Origin: Candidatus Omnitrophota bacterium
Lineage (GTDB): Bacteria; Omnitrophota; Gorgyraeia; Gygaellales; Profunditerraquicolaceae
DNA length: 64,000 bases
Direction of reading: 5' to 3'
NCBI GenBank assembly: GCA_041649115.1
Contig: JBAZNT010000010.1
Location: 3,979-67,978, forward strand
Position 1 is the first letter of the stretch. The number at the start of each line of letters is the position of its first letter. The notes below the pieces were generated by a model that saw only the letters and a list, made by a program, of their open reading frames with translations, was not told the DNA's origin and searched no databases. Both the position numbers and the translations under genes were made by a program. Positions 35,628 through 43,434 of this stretch are shown in pieces.

Positions 35628-36650
35628 ATGGAGAAAGAAGCCCTGCTTTATGAAAAATTAGAAGATAGGAATGTGCGCTGTTATCTTTGCAGCCACCGTT
35701 GCCGGATCCCGGAGCATAAATCCGGTCTTTGCGGCGTAAGGGAGAATATAGGCGGTACGCTCTATACCCGCGTCTGGGGGGACCTGATCGCCGTACACGT
35801 GGACCCTGTGGAGAAGAAACCCTTGTATCATTTTCTCCCGGGCTCGTTGAGTTTTTCTATTGCTGCGGTAGGGTGCAATTTCCGCTGCGGATTTTGCCAG
35901 AACTGGGAGATATCGCAAGGCCCGGCCAGCGGCAGGCCTGGACTGGACTCTGAAGAAGTAAACCCGCAGGATGTTGTGGGCGAAGCGCTAAAATCTGATT
36001 GCCGCAGTATTGCCTATACCTATACCGAGCCGACCGTATTTTTCGAATATGCGCTTGATACCGCGAAGTTAGCGCGCGCTAAAGGCCTCTCCAACATCTT
36101 CGTTACTAACGGCTATATGAGCGCGGAAGCATTGGAGGAGATTAATCCTTATCTTGATGCTGCCAACGTAGACCTCAAGTTTTTCCGCGATGAATCTTAC
36201 CGCCGCATATGCGGGGCGAGCCTTAAGCCGGTGCTGGAGTCCATACGTTTAATGAAGAAGATGGGGATTTGGGTAGAGGTAACTACCCTGGTGGTTCCGG
36301 GGGAAAACGATTCTGCCGAAGAGCTGAAAGATATTGCGGATTTTATCTTTTCTCTCGATCGCGACATTCCGTGGCACATCTCGCGTTTCCATCCGGATTA
36401 CAAATTTAACGACCTTGCCCCTACCCCCGAGAAGACTCTTCGGCAGGCCCGGGAGATCGGAATGCTGGCAGGTTTACGTTTCGTCTATGCCGGTAATGTC
36501 TATGGGTGGGGTAACGATACGGTCTGTATCCATTGCGGCAGGACCTTGGTTAAAAGGCAGGGTTTTAGCATCTTGCAGTATAATATTAAGGAAGGCAAGT
36601 GTGTTTTTTGCGGGGGGAATGTCCCCGGGGTATTCGAAGGCAAGGAATGA
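35628..36650 (+). CDS. AmmeMemoRadiSam-system-type radical SAM enzyme (PFL-activase-like)
   Basis: 340 aa. The N-terminal motif is CxLCxxxC (CYLCSHRC). The radical-SAM motif is CNFRCGFCQNW. A C-terminal Cys pair is present (CIHCG, CVFCG). Confidence 0.75.
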   Translation: MEKEALLYEKLEDRNVRCYLCSHRCRIPEHKSGLCGVRENIGGTLYTRVWGDLIAVHVDPVEKKPLYHFLPGSLSFSIAAVGCNFRCGFCQNWEISQGPASGRPGLDSEEVNPQDVVGEALKSDCRSIAYTYTEPTVFFEYALDTAKLARAKGLSNIFVTNGYMSAEALEEINPYLDAANVDLKFFRDESYRRICGASLKPVLESIRLMKKMGIWVEVTTLVVPGENDSAEELKDIADFIFSLDRDIPWHISRFHPDYKFNDLAPTPEKTLRQAREIGMLAGLRFVYAGNVYGWGNDTVCIHCGRTLVKRQGFSILQYNIKEGKCVFCGGNVPGVFEGKE

Positions 36651-37234
36651 AAATCAAAAAAGCCCTCTTAGTGGTGGATGTGCAGAATGATTTTTTGCCA
36701 GGCGGCGCCTTAGGGGTGCCCGGAGGGAACAGGATTGTGCCGGTCGTAAATAAATACGTTAGGTTTTTCCTCCAGAAGAAGCACCCCGTTTTATTTACCC
36801 GCGATTGGCACCCGGTAAGGACGATGCATTTTAAGGATTTCGGTGGGCTCTGGCCGGCTCATTGCATCCAGGGGACGCGGGGGGCAGCATTCCACCAGAT
36901 GTTAAAGGTTCCGAAGGAAGCGATCCTCTTGTATAAAGGCATGGACCCCGGCCAGGACAGTTATTCCGCGTTCCACGCCGAGGATGCCAGCGGCAGGAGC
37001 CTGTCCAAGATATTGAACGTATTAGGCACCCAGGAACTTTACATCGCGGGCCTGGCTACCGATTACTGCGTTAAGTACTCTTCTCTGGATGCCCTGAAAA
37101 AAGGCATTAGGGTTAAGGTGCTTGCCGATGCCACCAAGGGGGTGGATTTAAGGCCCGGGGATTCCGAAAAAGCGCTGGCTGCCGTAGTCGAGGCAGGGGC
37201 TAGAAAGACAAAATTTAAAGAGTTAAAGAGATGA
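36647..37234 (+). CDS. pncA: Nicotinamidase/pyrazinamidase (isochorismatase family)
   Basis: Blocks are ALLVVDVQNDFLPGGAL, DWHP and ATDYCV (catalytic Cys). ATG 36647 overlaps the upstream stop. Confidence 0.85.
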   Translation: MKIKKALLVVDVQNDFLPGGALGVPGGNRIVPVVNKYVRFFLQKKHPVLFTRDWHPVRTMHFKDFGGLWPAHCIQGTRGAAFHQMLKVPKEAILLYKGMDPGQDSYSAFHAEDASGRSLSKILNVLGTQELYIAGLATDYCVKYSSLDALKKGIRVKVLADATKGVDLRPGDSEKALAAVVEAGARKTKFKELKR

Positions 37235-37857
37235 AACGCAAACAAGAGAAGGCGCTGATAGGCTACTATTTTATTACCGATGCGGAATTCAGCAGGAGAG
37301 GGAACCTAAGCGACGTGAAAAACGCGGTTCTGGCCGGCGTAAGGTTTATCCAGTACCGCAGTAAAGGTTCTTGCGCCCGCCGGATGTGCGCAGAGGCAGT
37401 TAAGCTTCGGCGGCTCTGCCGCAACGCTACCTTTTTGGTCAATGACCGCGTTGATGTTGCCTTGGCATCAGGGGCTGACGGCGTGCATCTGGGGCAGGAT
37501 GATTTCCCCTGCGTCCTGGCGCGCCGCGTGCTCGGCAGGAAGGCAATCATAGGAGTGACGGTGCATAATCTGAAGGAGGCCAAGAAAGCAGAGACTGAAG
37601 GCGCAGACTACGTTGCTGCCTCGCCGATTTTTTTCACTACTACCAAGAAGGACGCTGCCAGGCCCGTGGGGGTAGGTTTGATAGGAGAGCTCAAAAGGCA
37701 TCTTTGCATACCTTTGGTTGCCGTTGGCGGGATAAACCTTTCTAACGCCAAAGAGGTTGTCGCCGCAGGGGCAGATGGGTTGTGCGCGGTATCCGCGGTG
37801 GTTGCCAGCAGTAATGTAAGGAGTCAGATCCGGAGATTCCAGGAACTATTCAAATAG
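37231..37857 (+). CDS. thiE: Thiamine-phosphate synthase
   Basis: 208 aa. Blocks are YFITD, IQYRSK, GADGVHLGQDD and GGINLSN. Confidence 0.88.
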   Translation: MKRKQEKALIGYYFITDAEFSRRGNLSDVKNAVLAGVRFIQYRSKGSCARRMCAEAVKLRRLCRNATFLVNDRVDVALASGADGVHLGQDDFPCVLARRVLGRKAIIGVTVHNLKEAKKAETEGADYVAASPIFFTTTKKDAARPVGVGLIGELKRHLCIPLVAVGGINLSNAKEVVAAGADGLCAVSAVVASSNVRSQIRRFQELFK

Positions 37858-37869
37858 AAAAAATTTTTC

Positions 37870-37899
37870 TTGACAAATGATACAGTTATGGTATCATTT
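37870..37899 (+). promoter_or_regulatory. Promoter (-35 TTGACA, 16-nt spacer, -10 TATCAT) with an embedded perfect 9-bp inverted-repeat operator
   Basis: TTGACA is at 37870-37875 and TATCAT at 37892-37897. The inverted repeat is AAATGATAC (37875-37883), a 7-nt spacer, then GTATCATTT (37891-37899). Confidence 0.65.
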
Positions 37900-37918
37900 A
37901 CAGTTGAAAGGAGGCAAA

Positions 37919-38002
37919 ATGGACATTACTCTCAGGTATATGCTGCGCCCCGTCGCACATTGTAAGGAGGGCTGTAGTATCTTGTCCCGGGCAAGACGTT
38001 AA
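37919..38002 (+). CDS. 27-aa upstream micro-ORF (MDITLRYMLRPVAHCKEGCSILSRARR) in the Rrf2/hcp leader
   Basis: An SD (AAAGGAGG) lies 4-5 nt upstream of ATG 37919. The ORF lies about 15 nt downstream of the predicted TSS. It is not in the ORF track because it is too short. Confidence 0.4.
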   Translation: MDITLRYMLRPVAHCKEGCSILSRARR

Positions 38003-38058
38003 ACTGCCCATCCGTCCTAATGCGGCGATAATGCCGCGCATTTCTTAAGGAGAAAAGA

Positions 38059-38457
38059 ATGAAACTCATCACCCGCGATACGGACTACGCCATCAGGGCT
38101 ATTTCTTATATCGCCTCTATAAAAGACAGGATGGTCTCGGCAAGAGAACTGGTAGAGGCCCTGGAGATACCCAGGCCGTTTCTTAGAAAGATCCTTCAGC
38201 GCCTAAACCAGGCAGGGCTATTGAAATCTTACAAAGGCCAGGGAGGAGGATTTTCCTTGGAGGTTTCCCCGCAGCGCATATCGCTGATGCGCCTTATAAA
38301 CGTCTTTCAGGGGCCGTTTAGGCTTAATGAGTGTTTTTTCAAAAAAAAGCCCTGCCCTGAAGCCAAAAGATGCAGGCTCAGGAGCCGCATTGAGCGTATT
38401 GAGAAATTTCTTATAAGGGAGCTGAAAGCCATTGATATGGGTTGTCTTTTAAGATAA
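38059..38457 (+). CDS. Rrf2-family transcriptional regulator (NsrR/IscR-like, three C-terminal Cys)
   Basis: The N-terminal wHTH is TRDTDYAIRAISYIA...SARELV. The Cys triad is CFFKKKPCPEAKRC. The gene lies directly upstream of hcp. Confidence 0.88.
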   Translation: MKLITRDTDYAIRAISYIASIKDRMVSARELVEALEIPRPFLRKILQRLNQAGLLKSYKGQGGGFSLEVSPQRISLMRLINVFQGPFRLNECFFKKKPCPEAKRCRLRSRIERIEKFLIRELKAIDMGCLLR

Positions 38458-38549
38458 CGGCATTGATCACGGCAGGGGAGGGCTAGCTGTCCTGCCAAAC
38501 AGGTTTATCTTTAAGAGAGAGTCGGATTCTTAAAAAATGGGAGGTTGGT

Positions 38550-39839
38550 ATGTTTTGCTATCAATGCGAACAGACCCTTAGCGGCAAGGGGTGCACCAAG
38601 CTGGGGGTCTGCGGCAAGAGCGAGGATATTCAAAGTCTGCAGGATATTTTGCTTTTTGGCCTTAAGGGGGTGGCAGCCTATGCCTATCACGCCCGCGAGC
38701 TTGGCAAGCGAGACGAGGAAGTAGATGCCTTTATGCACGAGGCCCTTTTTAAGACGGTTACAAACGTAAGTTTTGACCTCCAGCAGTACCTGGATTTGGT
38801 TTTAAGATGCGGATACATTAACCTGCGTACAATGGAGATGCTAGATAGGGCGCATACGGAGCGTTTTGGAAATCCCCTGCCTACCGAGGTTGATGCCGGC
38901 ACAAGAAAGGGGCCGGGGATACTGATTACCGGCCACGACCTCTTAGACCTCTACGAGCTTTTGAAGCAGACCGAAGGCAGCGGCATCAATATCTACACCC
39001 ATTCCGAGATGCTTCCTGCGCACGGTTATCCGGAACTCAAAAGATTCAAGCATCTGGCGGGAAATTACGGGGGCGCCTGGCAAGAGCAGAAGAAGGAATT
39101 CAATGCCTTCCCCGGGCCGATTGTGGCTACTACTAATTGCGTGCTTATCCCCCCGGATAATACTTATCTGGACCGCTTGTTTACCAGAGGCATCACCGGC
39201 GTGCCCGGTGCAACCCATATCAATAGCAGGGATTTTTCGAAGGTTATAGAGAAGGCCAGGGCCCTTGCGGAACTGCCTGAAAATCCAGGTAAAAAAATCA
39301 CCACCGGTTTCCATCATGGCGCGATTCTTGCTATCGCGGACAAGGTTATCGCTCTGGTTAAGGCAGGAAAGATCCGTCGTTTTTTCCTAATCGGAGGGTG
39401 CGACGGAGCCAAACCCGGCAGGAATTATTACACCGAACTTGCAGAGCTCATTCCGCAGGATTGCATAATACTGACACTGGCCTGCGGGAAATATCGTTTT
39501 AACAAGCTGGATTTTGGAGAGATAGAAGGGGTTCCCAGGCTCTTGGATATCGGCCAATGCAATAATTCATATTCCGCCATCCAGGTAGCCCTGGCTTTGG
39601 CCGGTGCTTTTAAGTCTAGCGTTAATGAGCTGCCGTTGTCGATTGTATTGTCTTGGTTTGAGCAGAAGGCGGTAGCGATACTCTTGACCCTTCTTTATCT
39701 GGGGGTTAAAGATATCCGTATCGGCCCAACCCCTCCTGCTTTTGTGACCCCGGCAGTATTTGAGGTATTAAAAAAGAGGTTTAACCTCGGTTTAATTACT
39801 ACTCCTAGAGAGGACCTGGCAGAGGCCCTTTCGAAATAA
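38550..39839 (+). CDS. hcp: Hybrid cluster protein / hydroxylamine reductase, short (class III-like) form
   Basis: The N-terminal motif is CxxC-x8-C-x5-C (CYQCEQTLSGKGCTKLGVC). Conserved blocks are GHDLLDL, IGGCDG and LDIGQCNNSYSA. At 429 aa it is shorter than the roughly 550 aa of class I/II forms. Confidence 0.9.
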   Translation: MFCYQCEQTLSGKGCTKLGVCGKSEDIQSLQDILLFGLKGVAAYAYHARELGKRDEEVDAFMHEALFKTVTNVSFDLQQYLDLVLRCGYINLRTMEMLDRAHTERFGNPLPTEVDAGTRKGPGILITGHDLLDLYELLKQTEGSGINIYTHSEMLPAHGYPELKRFKHLAGNYGGAWQEQKKEFNAFPGPIVATTNCVLIPPDNTYLDRLFTRGITGVPGATHINSRDFSKVIEKARALAELPENPGKKITTGFHHGAILAIADKVIALVKAGKIRRFFLIGGCDGAKPGRNYYTELAELIPQDCIILTLACGKYRFNKLDFGEIEGVPRLLDIGQCNNSYSAIQVALALAGAFKSSVNELPLSIVLSWFEQKAVAILLTLLYLGVKDIRIGPTPPAFVTPAVFEVLKKRFNLGLITTPREDLAEALSK

Positions 39840-39891
39840 ACGCAATAACTGCTTGGAAGAGGATTTTAATATTGTATAATGAGGATAGATT

Positions 39892-40602
39892 ATGCAAGGC
39901 ATAAGGGTAAAATTTATTGAAGGCATAAAGAGGACTGCGACAATCGAGAGCTTCAGGTTTGCGGCAGCCGGAGGCATTGATTTTGAGGCCGGGCAGTTCA
40001 TGCAGCTGATCTTTAATGAAGCTGACCCCTCTGATAAGATCCTGAACAAGTATCTTTCTTTTTCCTGCGCCCCGGGAAAGGACTATATCGAGGCTACCAA
40101 GCGCTTGAGCGAGAGCGCTTTTTCCAAGCGCTTAAAGGCCCTTAAGCCCGGTGAGGAGGTATTTATTAAGGGGCCGTTTGGCAGCTGTGTTTTTCGCAGC
40201 GATTATCGCAAGATTGCCTTTCTTATCGGAGGTATCGGGATCACCCCGGTAATCTCTATCATCGAGCAGATCGCAACTGCCGGGATACCCACAGATACGG
40301 TTCTTTTTTATTCTAATCGCAGCGAAGAAGAGATCGCCTTCAAACAGGAACTAGATTCATGGGCAGAGGCCAACAGCAATATCAGGGTAATCTACACGGT
40401 TACGGATTGCCCGCCGCGCCAGAAGCGCTGCATCTACGGACGCATTGATGAAAAGCTGCTATCAGAGAAGCTGGGGGATATCTTTGAGAGGGTCGTTTTT
40501 ATCTTCGGACCTCCGAAGATGGTCGAGGCAATGCAGGGGCTCTGCCTTAATCTCGGCTGTCCTAAGGAGAATATCAAGACCGAGAGTTTTATAGGGTATT
40601 AG
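39892..40602 (+). CDS. FNR-like FAD/NAD(P)H-binding oxidoreductase (no Fe-S domain)
   Basis: The FAD-binding block is KYLSFSC (RxYS-like). The NAD-binding block is IGGIGITP. At 236 aa the size matches a plain two-domain FNR module. Confidence 0.75.
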   Translation: MQGIRVKFIEGIKRTATIESFRFAAAGGIDFEAGQFMQLIFNEADPSDKILNKYLSFSCAPGKDYIEATKRLSESAFSKRLKALKPGEEVFIKGPFGSCVFRSDYRKIAFLIGGIGITPVISIIEQIATAGIPTDTVLFYSNRSEEEIAFKQELDSWAEANSNIRVIYTVTDCPPRQKRCIYGRIDEKLLSEKLGDIFERVVFIFGPPKMVEAMQGLCLNLGCPKENIKTESFIGY

Positions 40603-40614
40603 GGGGATTTCTAT

Positions 40615-41358
40615 ATGTCGTTTTTGTCATGGAATCCAGTCGGAGAGAGGCTTAAGGCCTGGCACGGGGAGGAGTGGCATACCTCCAAAGGCAGGGTTAT
40701 CCGGGATGTGGTGTATGCCATTGATACCGGGCTGGTAACTACAGTTTCTTTCTTAGCCGGCGTGTCGGTATCGCTTGTTACGCGTAACAAGGTAGTCCTG
40801 GCAGGGGTAATCCAGATTATCTCCGGGGTTACCGCGATATTCTTCGGCTCCTACATTTCTACCAAGGCGCAGAAGCATTTTTTTGAGAGTCAGATTGAAC
40901 GCGAAAGGAAAGAGATTGAAGATGACCCCGAGAAGGAAACCGGAGAAATACGCGCTATCTTCGCCCAGATGAATTTTACTCCCGAGGAACAGGAGGTGGC
41001 GGTGCGCCGCATTACCGCCGATAAGGATACCTGGCTTAAATTTATGATTCAGGAAGAAATCGGCATTACGCCGGGTTTTATAGATAAGCCCCTGGAGATC
41101 GGCCTTATCTCGGCATTCTCCTTTTTTATCGGGGCCCTGCCGGCAGTGCTGCCGTTTTTCATCTTTAAAGGCGTACCCCGGGCCCTGGCAGTATCGGCGC
41201 TGACAGTGCTGGTTTTTCTTTTTGCGGTGGGAGTTGCCAAGACCAAGATTACCAGGATGCACTGGCTGGCCAGCGGGGTAGAGACCCTTCTTATAGGCCT
41301 GGTTTCATGCTCGTTGGGATTTTTCTTGGGGCGCATCGTAAGCAGCTACTTTCATTAA
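40615..41358 (+). CDS. VIT1/CCC1 family iron/manganese transporter
   Basis: 247 aa. VIT-type blocks are present (RDVVYAIDTGLVTTVSFLAGVS). A cytoplasmic acidic helix region (EKETGEIR...) lies between the TM bundles. Confidence 0.75.
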   Translation: MSFLSWNPVGERLKAWHGEEWHTSKGRVIRDVVYAIDTGLVTTVSFLAGVSVSLVTRNKVVLAGVIQIISGVTAIFFGSYISTKAQKHFFESQIERERKEIEDDPEKETGEIRAIFAQMNFTPEEQEVAVRRITADKDTWLKFMIQEEIGITPGFIDKPLEIGLISAFSFFIGALPAVLPFFIFKGVPRALAVSALTVLVFLFAVGVAKTKITRMHWLASGVETLLIGLVSCSLGFFLGRIVSSYFH

Positions 41359-41376
41359 TCTTTAAGGAGAGCGTTC

Positions 41377-42222
41377 ATGAAAAGGAATATAAAATTTCAA
41401 GGCAATCCCCTGACCCTGGTAGGCAGGGCCATTGGAGTCGGCAGGTCAGCGGCAGATTTCAGGGTAGTCTCGCAGGAATTAAAAGAGCTTGGCCTCGGAG
41501 ACTTTCGCGGTAAGACTAAAGTAATTACCACCTTTCCTTCCCTGGATACGCCGGTCTGCGACCTGCAGGTGAGGGAATTCAATAAAAGGGCGGTCGGGTT
41601 TTCTTCTGACGTGGCAGTCATAGGCATAAGCAAGGATCTCCCCTTTGCCCAGAAGAGGTTCTGTCAGGACCACGGGGTCAAGAATGCCGTAATTGTTTCG
41701 GATTACAGGTATTCCTCCTTTGGCATCAATTACGGCCTTTTGATTAAAGAGCTTAATCTCCTGGCGCGCGCCGTAATCATTGTTGACAAAAGCGACCTGA
41801 TAAGATATATCCAGATAGTAGAGGAGCTGACTATCCCCCCGGACTATGAGGCAGCGTTGAAAGCCCTGGAAGATTCAGCGCAGGCCGACGCAGCCGGCAA
41901 CAGAGAGCCTCTTTTGCGCTGCAGGCCATGCGAAGGCGGGGTTGCGGCATTGTCCAAAGGAAAGGTTGAGAGACTCCTGGCCGAGCGCCGGGGGTGGATA
42001 TTGGTTGAAGACAAAAAATTAGTCAAGGAATTAAAATTCGGGGATTTTATAGAAGCCAAGTATTTCCTGGATATTGTCAGCGCCATTGCCGAGGAGCAGG
42101 GGCATCACCCTATTCTTACCATCAGTTATAATAAGTTAAAGATAGCCCTTACTACCCATGCTGCCGGAGGCTTGACTGATAATGATTTTATCATGGCCGG
42201 TATCATTGATGAACTTGAATAA
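41377..42222 (+). CDS. Fusion protein: atypical 2-Cys thiol peroxidase (Tpx) plus a pterin-4a-carbinolamine dehydratase (PCD/DCoH)-like domain
   Basis: Residues 1-165 are Tpx-like (FPSLDTPVCDLQ peroxidatic Cys, RFCQD resolving Cys). Residues 185-281 are PCD-like (CRPCEGG, GW, EEQGHHP, TTHAAGGLTDNDF). Confidence 0.8.
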   Translation: MKRNIKFQGNPLTLVGRAIGVGRSAADFRVVSQELKELGLGDFRGKTKVITTFPSLDTPVCDLQVREFNKRAVGFSSDVAVIGISKDLPFAQKRFCQDHGVKNAVIVSDYRYSSFGINYGLLIKELNLLARAVIIVDKSDLIRYIQIVEELTIPPDYEAALKALEDSAQADAAGNREPLLRCRPCEGGVAALSKGKVERLLAERRGWILVEDKKLVKELKFGDFIEAKYFLDIVSAIAEEQGHHPILTISYNKLKIALTTHAAGGLTDNDFIMAGIIDELE

Positions 42223-42242
42223 GATTATAAAAGGAGTTTATT

Positions 42243-43433
42243 ATGGCTGTTGAGATAAAGAAGGATATCTACTGGGTAGGAGCGGTGGACTATAATGCCA
42301 GGAGCTTCCATGGCCATACCTATAATACCTCCAGGGGGACTACCTATAATTCTTACCTTATAAAAGACGAGAAGGTCGCGCTGGTGGATACCGTTTACGA
42401 CCCCTTCGCTTGCGAGATGATTGCCAGGGTCAAGGAGATTGTTGAGCCGCGAGAAATAGATTATATCATCGCCAATCACGTGGAAACCGACCACTCCGGG
42501 GCGCTCCCTGATATTATGCGCCTGTGCCCTAAGGCAAAGGTTCTGGGAACAGCCAAATGCAGGGAGGGGTTATGGAAGCATTATTACGGCAGCTGGGACT
42601 TCCAGACCTTAAAGACCGGGGATAAGATTAATCTCGGCAGAAGAGCGCTTTCTTTTATCGAGGCCCCGATGATACATTGGCCGGACAGCATGTTTACCTA
42701 TTGCCCTGAGGAAGAATTACTTATGCCTAATGACGCCTTCGGGCAGCATTACGCTACTTCCAAGAGGTTTGACGACGAGGTAAACCAGGCGGAGCTTATG
42801 GATGAGGCTGCCAAATATTACGCTAATATACTCTGGCCGCTGGGAAGCGTGATCCTCAGGAAAATAGAAGAGGTGCAGAAAACAGGAATCTCCATAAAGA
42901 CAATTGCGCCCAGCCACGGGGTTATCTGGCGCCGCGATCCCGCAAGGATTATCAACGCTTATATGTCTTGGGCGAAGAGCGAGTTGCGCCCCAAGGTAGT
43001 AATAGTCTATGAGACGATGTGGGGAGCGACGGATAGGATGGCGAGGAACATTGCCGAGGGGATTATTGCCTCGGGGATAGAGGTTAAATTATTCGACGTC
43101 ACGGCATCCGACCGCACTGAGGTAATCAAGGAGATGCTTGATGCCGGGGGGTATCTGGTCGGCTCTTCTACCCACGATAACGGCATGCTGCCGGCGATTG
43201 CCGGATTCCTGCAGTTTTTTAAAGGCCTGAAGCCCCGGGGAAGGATTGCAGCGGCATTCGGATCCTTTGGTTGGGCCGGGGGTGCCTTAAAAGAGATTGA
43301 AGAAGAGTTAAGACAGGCGGGGGTAGAGGTAAAACAGGAGGGGCTGGGTGTCAAATACGTGCCGGATACCCCGGAATTAAAGAAGTGTTACGATTTCGGC
43401 AAGGAGTTCGCCCGTAGCCTTAAAACATCCTAA
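42243..43433 (+). CDS. Flavodiiron protein (rubredoxin:oxygen/NO oxidoreductase, FprA/ROO type)
   Basis: The metallo-beta-lactamase-like domain carries HVETDHSGA (HxExDH). A C-terminal flavodoxin domain is present (VVIVYETMWGATDRMA). Confidence 0.92.
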   Translation: MAVEIKKDIYWVGAVDYNARSFHGHTYNTSRGTTYNSYLIKDEKVALVDTVYDPFACEMIARVKEIVEPREIDYIIANHVETDHSGALPDIMRLCPKAKVLGTAKCREGLWKHYYGSWDFQTLKTGDKINLGRRALSFIEAPMIHWPDSMFTYCPEEELLMPNDAFGQHYATSKRFDDEVNQAELMDEAAKYYANILWPLGSVILRKIEEVQKTGISIKTIAPSHGVIWRRDPARIINAYMSWAKSELRPKVVIVYETMWGATDRMARNIAEGIIASGIEVKLFDVTASDRTEVIKEMLDAGGYLVGSSTHDNGMLPAIAGFLQFFKGLKPRGRIAAAFGSFGWAGGALKEIEEELRQAGVEVKQEGLGVKYVPDTPELKKCYDFGKEFARSLKTS

Positions 43434-43434
43434 G

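Noticed and set aside
37100-37240. A TPP riboswitch upstream of thiE, and other riboswitches (cobalamin before the TonB receptor, glycine before gcvT).
   Set aside because: thiE overlaps pncA and has no leader. The gcvT leader is 11 nt and the receptor leader is essentially absent. No intergenic space or conserved riboswitch core motif (for example CUGAGA for TPP) is present.
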